This document shows, in pieces, positions 1 through 10,874 of a DNA stretch of 64,000 bases. The notes beneath the pieces were generated by a model. The model did not search any database. It saw nothing but the letters and a program-made list of their open reading frames with translations, and had not been told where the DNA came from. Location: positions 310,001-374,000 of the forward strand of contig NW_027272060.1 in assembly GCF_040938485.1 (NCBI RefSeq). The letters are read 5' to 3'. Source of the stretch: Diadema antillarum. Taxonomy: Eukaryota. Each line of letters begins with the position of its first letter. The first letter of the stretch is position 1. A program made the translations under genes and the position numbers.

Positions 1-209
1 AATCTTGTATCCATGCGTATAGTCCAGAATTGTTTGGCAATCCCTCCCTGAATGTCGTGCCTGTTTTGTTTTGTTTCATTTGTTTGCCTTGATTTATTAC
101 ATTCAGTTTGGTAGTCACTTTTTTCTTTTCTTTTTTAATGACATATGTGCAAGTATTCTGCAACTGTTTAATGTGATTTGATTGTAACAATTTGTACATA
201 CATGCTCAG

Positions 210-275
210 GATCAATATGAAAAGCAAGTAGAGGCCATGTACCCTTACTGGAAGGAACAATTGGAAATCAAGAGA
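210..275 (+). CDS. KIZ: Kizuna centrosomal protein, first coding exon in window (gene continues upstream), end of N-terminal coiled coil
   Basis: ctcag|GAT...AGA|gtaagt, 66 nt, phase 0-0, DQYEKQVEAMYPYWKEQLEIKR. Resembles the human KIZ segment LEYETQIKKM as I recall it. Confidence 0.7.
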
Positions 276-431
276 GTAAGTACATAGTATGTACATACAT
301 GTAAGTGTACTTATTGAATGGTCGAATGACAGTATGAATCCTTGACTTGCAGTAATCAGCAGCTCTCCGAATCTGAAAGCAAACCTTTTCTCTGCATGTA
401 AATCATAAAGATAACACCCCTATTAGTTTAA

Positions 432-869
432 AGGTATTAGCCCACATTTGCAAACCCACGAAAATTGAAACTGCATAAAATAGGTCCAATATGACTTCAA
501 GTACAAGTTATAACAGTAACATACCTCACCTGTTGCTCTTTGTCTATACCATTCGATAAAGGAGAGAAAATCATCGTTTTAAAATCAATTTTCAAACCGG
601 GTCAACCCGACCCAAAATCGAATTACGAGCGCGGGCTAGCTACGTACGGTACATGTAACTTACACATGTATCGCATGCATGTAGTACGTACGTGGACCGG
701 AGCTATAGCGAGCGTTATACGCATGCATACGGTGCATTTTCATTTATTTTTATGAAAGTAATGGACTTATTGGAACGAAATTTTGCACAGGTGTTACTGC
801 AATCATACCCAAACTCCATGCTAACTATGAGACCAATTGCTGCAGGTTTACAAATGTGGGCTAGTACCT
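432..869. mobile_element. TTAA-flanked MITE (Kolobok-like termini) in KIZ intron
   Basis: TTAA|AGGTATTAGCCCACATTTGCAAACC ... GGTTTACAAATGTGGGCTAGTACCT|TTAA; ~25-bp TIRs with TTAA on both sides. Confidence 0.85.
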
Positions 870-1144
870 TTAATGTTACAGTATCTGTGCTGCAGAATGA
901 TATTCTTATTTTGTGGAGGCCTGTATTGTAGTTATTTCTAGGCTTGCATGCACAGAGGTTCCAACAGTGTATTAAAGCCATAAACAATAGGCTTGCATGG
1001 TTTGTTGTTACCCTTAAATTTGAAAAATGATTATCAGATATTAAAAATGTGATGTAGCATCTTTCTAAATGCCTCTGTACTAGAAGATGCTGAGTCTGTG
1101 ATGAATCCCCCTTTTTTCCCCATTCAAACTTTCAACAATCTCAG

Positions 1145-2165
1145 GTAGCAAGTAAGCAGCATGTAGGTGGTGCAGCTCTGCCTACCGCATATCAACAAAG
1201 TTTTAGACAAGATACCGTGAACTCCCACTCTACTCCAGGACCTGTTCTTGATGGGGTTAGTAAAACCTTTTCAAGTACGCCACTGCATCAACCACAGGCA
1301 ACACCATACACTCATGTGCACTCTGTGCAAGAAGCTGCATCCCGTGCCAACCCACCCCAGGCTGTAGGAGCCCCACATCAATGGAGTGGTCCCTCTCATG
1401 CTGGCCAGTTCCACCCCACACAGGTACTCCCCCAGCAGCAGCAGCACCGTGAATCCCCTGTAACTCTTCCCCAGTCTGGACACAGTCATCCCATGCAGAT
1501 TATGACAGACAGCAACACGCTGCCTCACGTCATGAGTCAGTATCTGGCTCCAGTGCCGAAAGAACATGTCCGTCATCCGGAGCAGATGGGTGGAACAGCA
1601 GCCCAACATGAAGAGAAGCTGCCCAGTAAAATAGAACCAGGAAGGTACCCTCAAGAGCTCAATGGAAGGACAGAAGACTCAGGCTCATTGCCCACTAGCT
1701 CAGAGTTTTCTCCATCTTCACTCAACCTGCCAGGAGATGGGGGTCCATCCCAAGGAATTGCTCCGGGTGTTCCCACCAACAAGCCGGAAAATCCACAAGA
1801 TGTAGATGCTAACCTTGATGTGGTCACACCACAACCCATGAGCAGGATCCAGGGTGGACAACCTCAGAGTGATGGCAGTCATGGAGGCAGACCTGGTGTA
1901 GCCCATGAAACCAAAGAGACTCTCCAGGCCCACAGCACTGCTCCTCAGGCTCCCAGGATACCCTCAGTGGCAGCAACACCACCCAAGCTGTCCTCGGCAC
2001 AGACCGAGCCGTTTTCCTCTGATGATGAGGTGTCTGATGTGGAGAGTGGGGAACGCCTGGACCAAGCTCTCTACTCTCCCGAACTTCCACCTGCACTGCC
2101 GAAGTATGAGGAGGCCCAGCAACAAGATCCTGTCCACCAGGTGCTGCAGGCCCAAAACAGTGAAG
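1145..2165 (+). CDS. KIZ: KIZ large exon, P/Q/S/H-rich disordered linker
   Basis: Pyrimidine tract + tcag acceptor at 1144; open frame contains ORF 1217..2185; donor GAAG|gtatca; 1021 nt, phase 0-1, joins the next exon in frame. Confidence 0.85.
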
Positions 2166-2369
2166 GTATCATTCCTCTCCTTTGAATTCTAGTAATATGT
2201 AGTAAATATTGATAGATGCTTAGATCATAGTAAAATAAACAATTGATGTTCATGATGTCTTTTTCAAAATATTCAATATCAAATACTGTCTGCAGTTGTT
2301 AAGAGAGTGTTAAGAGAGCAAACATCAAAACAGGCTTTTCCTTCTGTGTTTATGTATGTTTTACAGTGA

Positions 2370-3658
2370 TTTATACCCCCGCCAAACGAAGTTTGAAGGG
2401 GGTATATAGGAATCAGCGGACGGTCGGGCGGTCGGGCGGTCGGGCGGCCGGGCGGTCGGGCGGTCGGTCCGTTGCAAATCTTGCGTCGCGAACTACTTCC
2501 TCAGTTTTCAACCGATTCCCATAAAACTTGGCCTTGGGTTGTAGATGTGTAAGACGTATTTTTTGACAGTACCCAAAAGTACGTTGCCATGGTAACGGCA
2601 TATTATGGGCAAAAATGGGTACAAATCTTGCGTCGCGAACTCCTCCCACAGTTTTTGATCAATTTTTATGAAATTAGGTACAGATGTTCATCTGAATATG
2701 TTAATGTGCAAGACACATATTTCCGCAGTGGCAAAAAGTGCGTTGCCATGGTAACGGCATGTTATTGGTAAAATATAGGGCAAAATGCTTCATGGCAAAA
2801 CTGCTTCATCAGTGTTCTTCCAATTCTCATGGAATTCATATTGAATGTTTGTCTTAGGATATAGGTCAGCATGACACATTTCTTGACAGTGACAAAAAGT
2901 ATGTTGCCATGGTAACAGCTCACATATTATGAGCCAAAATGATGGAAAATTTTGTGTTGCAAACTACTTCCTCAGTTTTTGCCCAATTTCCATGAAACTT
3001 GGTACAGATGTGTGCCTTTGGTTGTAGATGTGCAAGACGCATTTTTCGACAGTACCCGAAAGTACGTTGCCATGGTAACGGCATATTAATGGCAGAAGAT
3101 TAAGGAAAGATCTTGCGGATTTAACTACTTCCTCAGTTTTTTGACCAAAGCTATTGAAATGTGGCACACACCTTGATATTGGTGGGAAGATGTGGAAGAC
3201 ATATTTTTCGGACGTGTCGGAAGCTGCGTTGCCATGGTAACGGCATATAAATGGCAGAAGATCAGGGAAAGATCTTGCGGATTGAACTACTTCCTCTGTA
3301 TTCGACTGAAGCTCATGAAATGTGGCACACACATTGGTCTTGGTGGGAAGATGTGCAAGACATATTTTTGGACATGTCGGAAGCTGCGTTGCCATGGTAA
3401 CGGCATGTTAATGGTGGAAGATCAAGGAAAGATCTTGTGGATTGAACTACTTTCTCAGTTTTTGACAAAAGCTTATGAAATGTGGCACACACAATAGTCT
3501 TGGTGGGAAGATGTGCAAGACATATTTTTCGGACGTGTCGGAAGCTGCGTTGCCATGGTAACGGCATTTAAATGGCAGAAGATCAAGGAAAGATCATTCC
3601 TTGGGTAAAACTGTCGTCACGGGGCGGGGGTATTAATCACCTTAAGTGATATTTCTAG
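2370..3658 (+). mobile_element. Helentron-associated non-autonomous element (HINE; DINE-1/Tsp/pearl-like) with ~161-bp tandem cores
   Basis: 5' ATACCCCCGCC sub-terminal IR, (CGGT/CGGG)n microsatellite at ~2417-2470, about 7 tandem cores, 3' GGCGGGGGTAT, stem ATCAC-cttaa-GTGAT, terminus TTTCTAG|TT. Confidence 0.8.
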
Positions 3659-3998
3659 TTTTATGTTAGTTTGCAAGTAGTAATGAGTGCTGCCATTCCA
3701 AGACAGCATTGTAATGAATTTAATGAAATAATCTGTATTCCTGTAAAGTAAGGCCAGTCAGCTCTTACCATCTCATCATCTTACACAAAATTTGTTTTAT
3801 TAAAACATTTTTTTTTTCCTGAAACGTATCAATAATCTAATATATCATTAGTAGTCCTTTAATAATATATTCATGGTAAGGCCATTGTTGAATCGCTTCT
3901 GCATTGTAGAAAACTAATGATTGAATATTTTTAAAGGAAGTAGTTCTGTGATGGTTCTTAATCACTTCCTTCGTTGATTTGCCAAACTCTGATGACAG

Positions 3999-4146
3999 GG
4001 TCACTCCTGGGGCAAGGGGATGTGAGTGAGAGCAGTGGTAGTGAAGAAGACAGTGAGATAGACAGCGATGTCAGCCTCCCTCTCAGCGATACTGATGTCA
4101 GACATACCGCCCCCATCCCAGCTGAGAGGAAGCAGGTGCCCACTGG
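3999..4146 (+). CDS. KIZ: KIZ exon, acidic/Ser-rich
   Basis: gacag|GG...ACTGG|gtaaga; phase 1-2; GSLLGQGDVSESSGSEEDSEIDSDVSLPLSDTDVRHTAPIPAERKQVPT. Confidence 0.8.
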
Positions 4147-5067
4147 GTAAGATATCATCCAAGAAGCTGCGCTAGTCACCAAGTCCTCCCCCCCCCCCCC
4201 ACACACACACACACAACACATTAAAAAAATAACCACCAAAAACAAAACAAAACAACAAATAAAAATAGTCATTGCCATCCTTGCTGTTAAAATGCAGTTA
4301 CATGATCTACTGTGTCTTGAGGGGTTACCTGGTAAATCTTTACATAGTCACTGGCACCTTTTGAGACTTTGTGAAAGAAGGAAGATTTTTATACTGCAGA
4401 CTGCCATGTTTTGTAGACAAGTCTTTCTGCAGATTGTGTGTAATACCTTTCAGTGCATTTGAAATTATGAGAATGAATGAATTTCATGGCAAAGGAGTTA
4501 TACATTTATTTCTGGCCATCTTTCTTGCATCCTAAAGTGGTGATGTGACCATGATATGTAAACAATATAGCTGAGCACTGTCAGCCATATTGCAGTTCAC
4601 ACTTTACTTACATACGAAACGATATATTCATTGTATAACATGAGGTACAGTTGATATTTCTTTTAAGTGGTGCTGCAGCCTGTACCAAAGGCTAGATGGT
4701 AATGACAGAATGATGGCAATGAAATGCTTCTCTGTCCAGGCTTTTTTTAAAATAGGTCACAACTAGAAAATTTAGATGAACTGTAGATAGAATAGTGATA
4801 GTCATGAGAGAAAATTAAATTAGCTCAAATGTCAAGGGCATTATTCAAGTAGGGGTTTAAAATGCAAGTAGTCATGTAAGAAAATTCAAAATGGCTTAAT
4901 TGGTCACAACTGATAAAAACAAATGTTGATAGTGTAGCAACTACAGAACTATCCCTCTTGTGTAGTTAATGTTGCATTTATGTGTGTGTGTGTGTGTGTG
5001 TGTGCTAGAGTGTGAGAAATAGTTTTGTGGGTGCTTAAAGTGTATAATTCTTTTATGTTTCCCTCAG

Positions 5068-5232
5068 GCAAGCAGATAGCAAGGAATCGGATCGTAGCTC
5101 CATCGCTCTGTCTGCCACTGGGTTCTGGCTGCTGCTGAAGGCCGTGGAAGCAGAGGTTGATGAGACGGATTCCCTGGAGGGTATCTACGCCTCTCTGCCG
5201 TGCACGCAGACCATCAGAGATGAGATTGTGAG
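5068..5232 (+). CDS. KIZ: KIZ exon, start of central helical domain
   Basis: ccctcag|G...AG|gtaaac; phase 2-2; ...IALSATGFWLLLKAVEAEVDETDSLEGIYASLPCTQTIRDEIV. Confidence 0.85.
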
Positions 5233-6347
5233 GTAAACCCCACACCCCTCTTTTTCCTTCGATCCTGTAATTTGAATACGGTAAATAAGGGTGTACTAAC
5301 TGCACTTTTTTCCAGCTGAAACGGGTCAAAATTCAGGGTGCAATTTACGCACCATTACAGCCAATACCTACTGCATGTCTGCATATAGTGTGCAGACAAT
5401 GTTCAATGTTCAAAATAGTTTCCTAATCGTTAGGCACTCTACTATGTTTCCCTCCTTTTCATTGCACAAAAATCAACACATCTTCTCCCCCAAAACATTT
5501 CACTCAATTCAACCAACCTGTCGGCAGCATCTCCACGCATTGCGTGGCAGTACCAGGTATCTGTACAGATTACATAATTCCCCTGAGCCCTATTGTGTCT
5601 CCATGGCCTTTCTGTTAGATACATAGGGACACATTGCTACACCTGAGTTGGCTTGCTAATCTACAACTAGGTCAAGTTTGATGGATTACTGAGTACAGAT
5701 GAAAAAGCTTGAAAATTTAAGTTTAGTGCTTGAACACATAAAGGGTTGATAAAGGCACTTCCAGCATGTCTTACTGACTATGATCTTCTTATATTTCTTC
5801 ACCTTTTCAATCCTGTGATGTACAATGAGAAGAAATTCAGGCAGAGCATTTAATGGGAGAGGCAAGGGTGTCAGTTGTTCATAAAACTGTGACAAGTATC
5901 AGCAATGGTCAGTGATGGTCAGTAATGGTCAACATTCCACACACCCTTAGCTAAGAGCCACAAAGGCGCTAGCTCATTTTGTGTAGTGTCTGTGGGTGGC
6001 ATCCTTCTCAGTTTCTGAAGTGTTGATGTCGTGATCATGTTTTAGCATAGCATATATCTCTCTACTGCAGACTCAATACTCTCTAATTATTTTACAAATT
6101 CAAATAAGAAAATTAGTATTTCTGCAACCTTCTAAGATGACAATTATCTAAGTCTCTTTACGGGACAGTCAAAGCAGGAACCGTTAAAACAAAAAAAAAA
6201 AAAAAAAAAAAAACATTTTTATCAGATGCTTTGGTGCATATATGTCATCAGTGTCATTATGAATTTGATATGGTTGTTCCACAAAGTCTGTAGAACTAAT
6301 TAGGCACAGAATGTCACAAAATTATACCAAGTCTTTCTGTAAACTAG

Positions 6348-6512
6348 GACTGCTAATGCCAAGACCGGCTTTGACCGTCTTGATCCCCGAGCCATCAGCA
6401 TGGTTGTGCTAGAAGAGCTCCCTCTGTTGGTGCGTCAATTGCCTGGCGGCTGCCTCCTCTCTGAGCGACTTCTGGTGGCCAGTAGTAGGACCATCACCGA
6501 GGTGTCCATCAG
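6348..6512 (+). CDS. KIZ: KIZ exon, central helical domain
   Basis: aactag|G...AG|gtattt; phase 2-2; TANAKTGFDRLDPRAISMVVLEELPLLVRQLPGGCLLSERLLVASSRTITEVSI. Confidence 0.85.
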
Positions 6513-6708
6513 GTATTTGTGGCATTTCATTTCCTTTGTGTGATATTGTATGATACTGTGGTAAATGGAGAAATTCTGAATTCAGACCTTTATGCTGAGT
6601 TAGAAAATATCACTGTAATTATGATCATAACTGATGCAATGCCCCTGACCCAATTTTTTGCTTCCTGAAATAAAAGTGAATAGAATTAATGTGATTATTG
6701 ATTGAAAA

Positions 6709-7119
6709 ACTGGAAAAGCACTCGGAGAGCGCAGACCTCCGCCAAGCCAACAACTCATTTGCACCCATACATGCATGAAATATCCCAATATAGAAGCTTT
6801 TGTCAAGTCATCAGCTTCCAGCAGTGTGGCATCTTGCCCGAGCAGAGCGTGTGCTTTAGTGCGCATATGTAAACCTCCAGTGCATGCAGCAAGAACTCTG
6901 AAGTTCATTGACCTTATATGCCAAAAGATTAAAAAATCCTTCAAAGATACATGGAAATTCACAGATCACTACCAAAATTTAATTATCTGCTTTTTGTGTC
7001 ATTATCGACTTTTCCTGTATATTTCATTCGAATGTGTTCACAACTTTTTGAGTCATTTTGCAAACATTTAAACCATTGCCGATGATCACTTAACCTCCTT
7101 CCTTGGCGGAGGGAGTTAA
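6709..7119 (-). mobile_element. HINE, second family, reverse orientation
   Basis: Inverted CCTCCGCCAAG (6737) / CTTGGCGGAGG (7102). The terminal region GCACTCGGAGAGCGCAGACCTCCGCC is the reverse complement of the 3' end of the copy at 57.37-57.87 kb. Confidence 0.7.
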
Positions 7120-7379
7120 TATCACTTCTATTCTGAGTATACAATATACTCTATCCATTGATGTCACCTTGAAGATGGATCAGAGTTGCACTTTGAGCAA
7201 TCCTCATCAGGGGGGAGAAGATTCATGGCAACAAGTTCTGTATTAATTTATTCATTCAGTTTTGATTGCATTGAGTTTTTAGTCCACAAATCAACTTTCA
7301 CTTCAGCCACATTATGTAAGGGATAATTGTCACTTGTGTGCTGTATGAGGTGTAGATGTGGGATAGAGAAAAATGAGGC

Positions 7380-7935
7380 AACACCCTGTAAGGTCAAAGG
7401 TCACTCACTGTCAAGGGTAATTTTCAGTCATAGATGTATAGCCAAGTGTTTGCATGAAATTACAGTGATGAAAGGTTAACAGTCAACATCAAAGGTCATT
7501 GTACTTTGACTGAAAATATTAATTTGCTGCCATAGCTGTAGCTTGGGAAGTCCAATGTAGAATAATTTGGTAGAAAGGATGGAAGTAAATCAACAATTAT
7601 TTGTGTAAATTCTTAATTGATAGTAGTGAAATGTCAAAGGCCATGTACTAATGGCAAGCTGTAGTTATTGCATGAAAAGACTGAGGCATCTCAGTCAGCT
7701 GTACCCCACAGTCCACTGACTGTACTACTTGACCCTCTATTTACCATCTGGAAAGGATGGAATAATCTAAAGGATGGAAGTAAATCAACAATTATTTGTG
7801 TGAAATGATAGTGGTGATGGCTCAAAAGGCATGTACTAATGGCAGGCTGTAGTTCTTGCATGAAAAGGCAAAGGCATCTCAGTCAAACTTCCTGGCAGTC
7901 CAATGACTGTAGTCTACTTGACCCTGTATTTAATG
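7380..7935. repeat. Diverged ~195-bp tandem repeat (old HINE-core-like remnant)
   Basis: AAGGATGGAAGTAAATCAACAATTAT...CATGTACTAATGGCA...GGCATCTCAGTCA recurs at ~7574 and ~7770. Confidence 0.55.
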
Positions 7936-7969
7936 TCTGTTTTCACATACATGTTACACCCTCCACCAG

Positions 7970-8120
7970 GTCTCACATGTACTCCTCGTCACTCAAGTTC
8001 TGGGATGACATCTTCCACCACATGGTGTTCCTTGTCAGGCGTGGAGTGATGGAGCCGGAGGTGGTTGCCAAGAAGTTTGCTCCGCTGTTGGTGGCCGCTA
8101 ACTCCCAGGCCGTTGAAAAG
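7970..8120 (+). CDS. KIZ: KIZ exon, central helical domain
   Basis: ccaccag|G...AAG|gtcagt; phase 2-0; SHMYSSSLKFWDDIFHHMVFLVRRGVMEPEVVAKKFAPLLVAANSQAVEK. Confidence 0.85.
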
Positions 8121-8307
8121 GTCAGTAGCTCTGTTTATCATGGTATGCAATGCGGTCAGTTTACAGACATTTCTGTATTTTAAATAGTCAAAGTTTTGCT
8201 GAAGTCAAAGTATGTTCTTAGAATCGAGTAAGAATCACATGTATAATTACATTATGTAAGTCAAATATAACCTAAGCAAAAGCCTATATTCCACTTCCAA
8301 TGTATTA

Positions 8308-8547
8308 CTGTATATGCCGAATATTTTGAGAGGTTTTTATTTTCGCGAATGTCGCAAGTCGGGTGCTATTCGCAAACTTAAAGACACACAAAAATATTGA
8401 CTCTGATCCCTGATATGAATGTGACATGCACTCATGCATTTCTCTGTTTAGTACTCTACTCCACGATCCTGAATTTAACCACTTGGGAAATCGTTGGGAA
8501 GTCCCAATTCGCAAAAATTAGACTCGCTAAATCTATTGCGTATACAG
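8308..8547. mobile_element. Tc1/mariner-type MITE (TA-CTGTA...TACAG-TA family)
   Basis: TA|CTGTATATGCCGAATATTTTG ... TATTGCGTATACAG|TA with TTCGCG/TTCGCA motifs. Confidence 0.75.
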
Positions 8548-9026
8548 TAGTCTTATGAGTGTGAACTGTGCATGTTATGCTGAATTTAGCAATGCCTCAT
8601 ATCCTACATGGATGCAATCCTGAACGAGAGTAAAATTCTCATTTACAAAGTACAGACATGATCTTCAATGAGGAAAAAAAAAATCTCATTTAGAATAGAA
8701 TTAGTGTTTGATGATTGCCATTTAAAGAATTAATTTTGAAACTTTTATACATAGTGTAAAGTGGTGAAAAAAAGTGTGTTTACACAGGTAGCACATTATC
8801 TTCAAAGAGAAAACATAGCAGATGATATCCCATTTGCAAAGTTACAAGAATAAGCTTGTTAATACAGTATTTAAAAGAGAGATGAAAAGGTCTGTTACAT
8901 ATCAATATAGATCTTAATGGGAATGACAAGATACTTTACAAAGCATTGCATGTGGGGGTCAAGAGCCATCAACCTGTTTTTTTTTGTCTGGTTTTTGTTT
9001 TTTTTTTTTTGCTCATGATTGCGAAG

Positions 9027-9192
9027 GCTGTCAACGTGATGTCAGACATCTTGCTGAAGGCGGAGGAAGAGGAGATAACTCTTGGCGACGAGTCGTCCGT
9101 GACTGAGACCTCGCCCACGACCCCTGACAACCCTATCCCCAGCCCAGAGGTCACTCCCACCCAGCTGGACAAGCCCGCTGATTATCCTTCTG
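9027..9192 (+). CDS. KIZ: KIZ exon
   Basis: T-tract...gcgaag|GCT...TCTG|gtcagt; phase 0-1; AVNVMSDILLKAEEEEITLGDESS...DYPS. Confidence 0.8.
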
Positions 9193-9299
9193 GTCAGTAC
9201 CTGGTATTCCCAGCATATCTTGCAAACTTCTTCCTTCCTCATGATTTTTTTGGGTATTTTTGTCATTTATCTCCTGTATTTCAATGTGATATTTTCATT

Positions 9300-9572
9300 A
9301 TTGGTCTGTTTTGATAATAATGTATAATTTTATTTTATAAGTTCACAGTATATGTGTATGGTAACGCATTGCATGAGGGCTCACATGCCTAAGGGCAACA
9401 CTGAAATTATTACTTTTGTGAGCCCAAGCCCATGTATTGCTTCCCTGTTCATTCTTTGTGTCATACGTCAACTGTGCCATTTCCATGTGAATTTATGTTA
9501 TGTAGCTGTTATTGTCATTTTCATTTTGCTGAATAAATAAATAATTAATGAATAATGAATAAATAAATAATA
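9300..9572 (+). mobile_element. Probable 3' end of a non-LTR retroelement (L2/CR1-like)
   Basis: Short stem GGGCTCACA/TGTGAGCCC followed by an (AATA)n-type tail at 9531-9572. There is no coding evidence. Confidence 0.35.
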
Positions 9573-9804
9573 AACTACACCTTTGTCAGCTCTCAGAAAT
9601 CTGCAATAGCATTTGCTGGATCTGCATCCCTGCTAGCAATACCTTGACACAGGCTAAAAACTCATTTTGCACATTCTAAATGCAGCATACAATGCAGAGC
9701 ATAAAATTTGGTTATTTACCAAAAGGTTAGAAAGTGTGATAGTTTTACCAAAAGGTTAGAAATTGTAGTAGTAAAAGTTTCAAACTTTTCTGGTTCTCCA
9801 TCAG

Positions 9805-9909
9805 TCCCACCACTCTCTCTGGGGAAAACAGATGGTGATACGGATGATCATGTGGACACAGGTAGAACTAGTGCTGACAGCTTCTTTGACAACAAGGTGC
9901 CTCTCACTG
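9805..9909 (+). CDS. KIZ: KIZ exon (alternative in-frame acceptor possible at 9832)
   Basis: ttctccatcag|TC...ACTG|gtgagt; phase 1-1; ...TSADSFFDNKVPLT. Confidence 0.75.
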
Positions 9910-10687
9910 GTGAGTTTGGCTATTTCACTTACATTTGATTCTAAAAGCACGGCTTGAACTTTGACTTGCATCAGTTATTGGATCCTATCAACAATTTTGT
10001 CTGTAGTATTTATGCAAAGTTGCATATTTCATGCTTTACCTCTTTTGATTCATTACAGAAAAGGAAAAGAATACTTTTTGTAGAAGACACAAAATGCCTG
10101 ATAGTGTTTTCATCTGCTGAAATGAATGTTATGCAGCTTTACAGAATACTGCAGTTTTTGTTCTAATTGTATTGTGTCGATCATTCCTAAGTTGCTTCAA
10201 TAGAATGTTATTTGAGATGAGAATTTTCTTCAATTGGTCTCCCTCTACAAATTAAATTTGTAAGATTGCAGCCGCTGATCTGTAATTTAACAAACATGTC
10301 GGAAAAAAGGAACCACAGGACTCGAACCTGTCATCTACTGCTGTGTTATTTGCCCTCTCAATTTTCTCAACAGACAAAACAAATGTCACTATTCTGCTTC
10401 TTGTTTTTCTCATAACCTGAATACTCTGCATGATGATCAATTTTTGTGATTGCTATTGTTCATTTGCACGATATGTAAATGCAGAGTCCCTCTTTTTCTG
10501 CATGAGAAGATGTACATCATTGTAATTGTGAGCTGCTACAAGACATGAAATAAGAGTCTAATTTCAGGCACATTTTCATTGGCAAAAAATGGCAAAGATC
10601 ATTCAAGAGAAATTTAGTATATGTCGTGATGAATGTGAGTGATGATTGATGTCAAGAAACCTGCACTCCATTTTTCCCCATATCCAG

Positions 10688-10874
10688 AAACCTCGGCCTA
10701 CCAGAAGATGATGATGATGTCAACCCAGCAGGAGCGGTCCAGGGAGGGTAAAGAGTTTGCTAGTGCCGGCAGCTCTAACGAGATGAGCGAGGAGGAGGAG
10801 GAGGAGGACAGTGAGGATGAGATCGAGAGAGCTGCCCGCCTCGACCTGGAATCCCCCGCTTCCCAGCAGTCCAA
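10688..10874 (+). CDS. KIZ: KIZ exon with ETSAYQKM motif and poly-E
   Basis: tttttccccatatccag|AA...CAA|gtaagc; phase 1-2. The spliced VPLT-ETSAYQKM matches human KIZ IPITETEAYQLL as recalled. Confidence 0.85.

Noticed and set aside
692-931. ORF and acceptor-like tttgcacag at 790 as a missing KIZ exon
   Set aside because: It lies inside the TTAA-flanked MITE 432-869, and no donor gives a phase compatible with the flanking exons.
1271-2253. Minus-strand and off-frame ORFs over the large KIZ exon
   Set aside because: They are shadows of the GC-richer coding exon, with no splice or homology support.
2413-3567. Several ORFs (2964..3395, 3192..3497, 3313..3567) and a CRISPR-like appearance
   Set aside because: The repeated peptides simply reflect ~161-bp tandem cores. 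There is no repeat-spacer alternation and no cas gene, and the context is eukaryotic.
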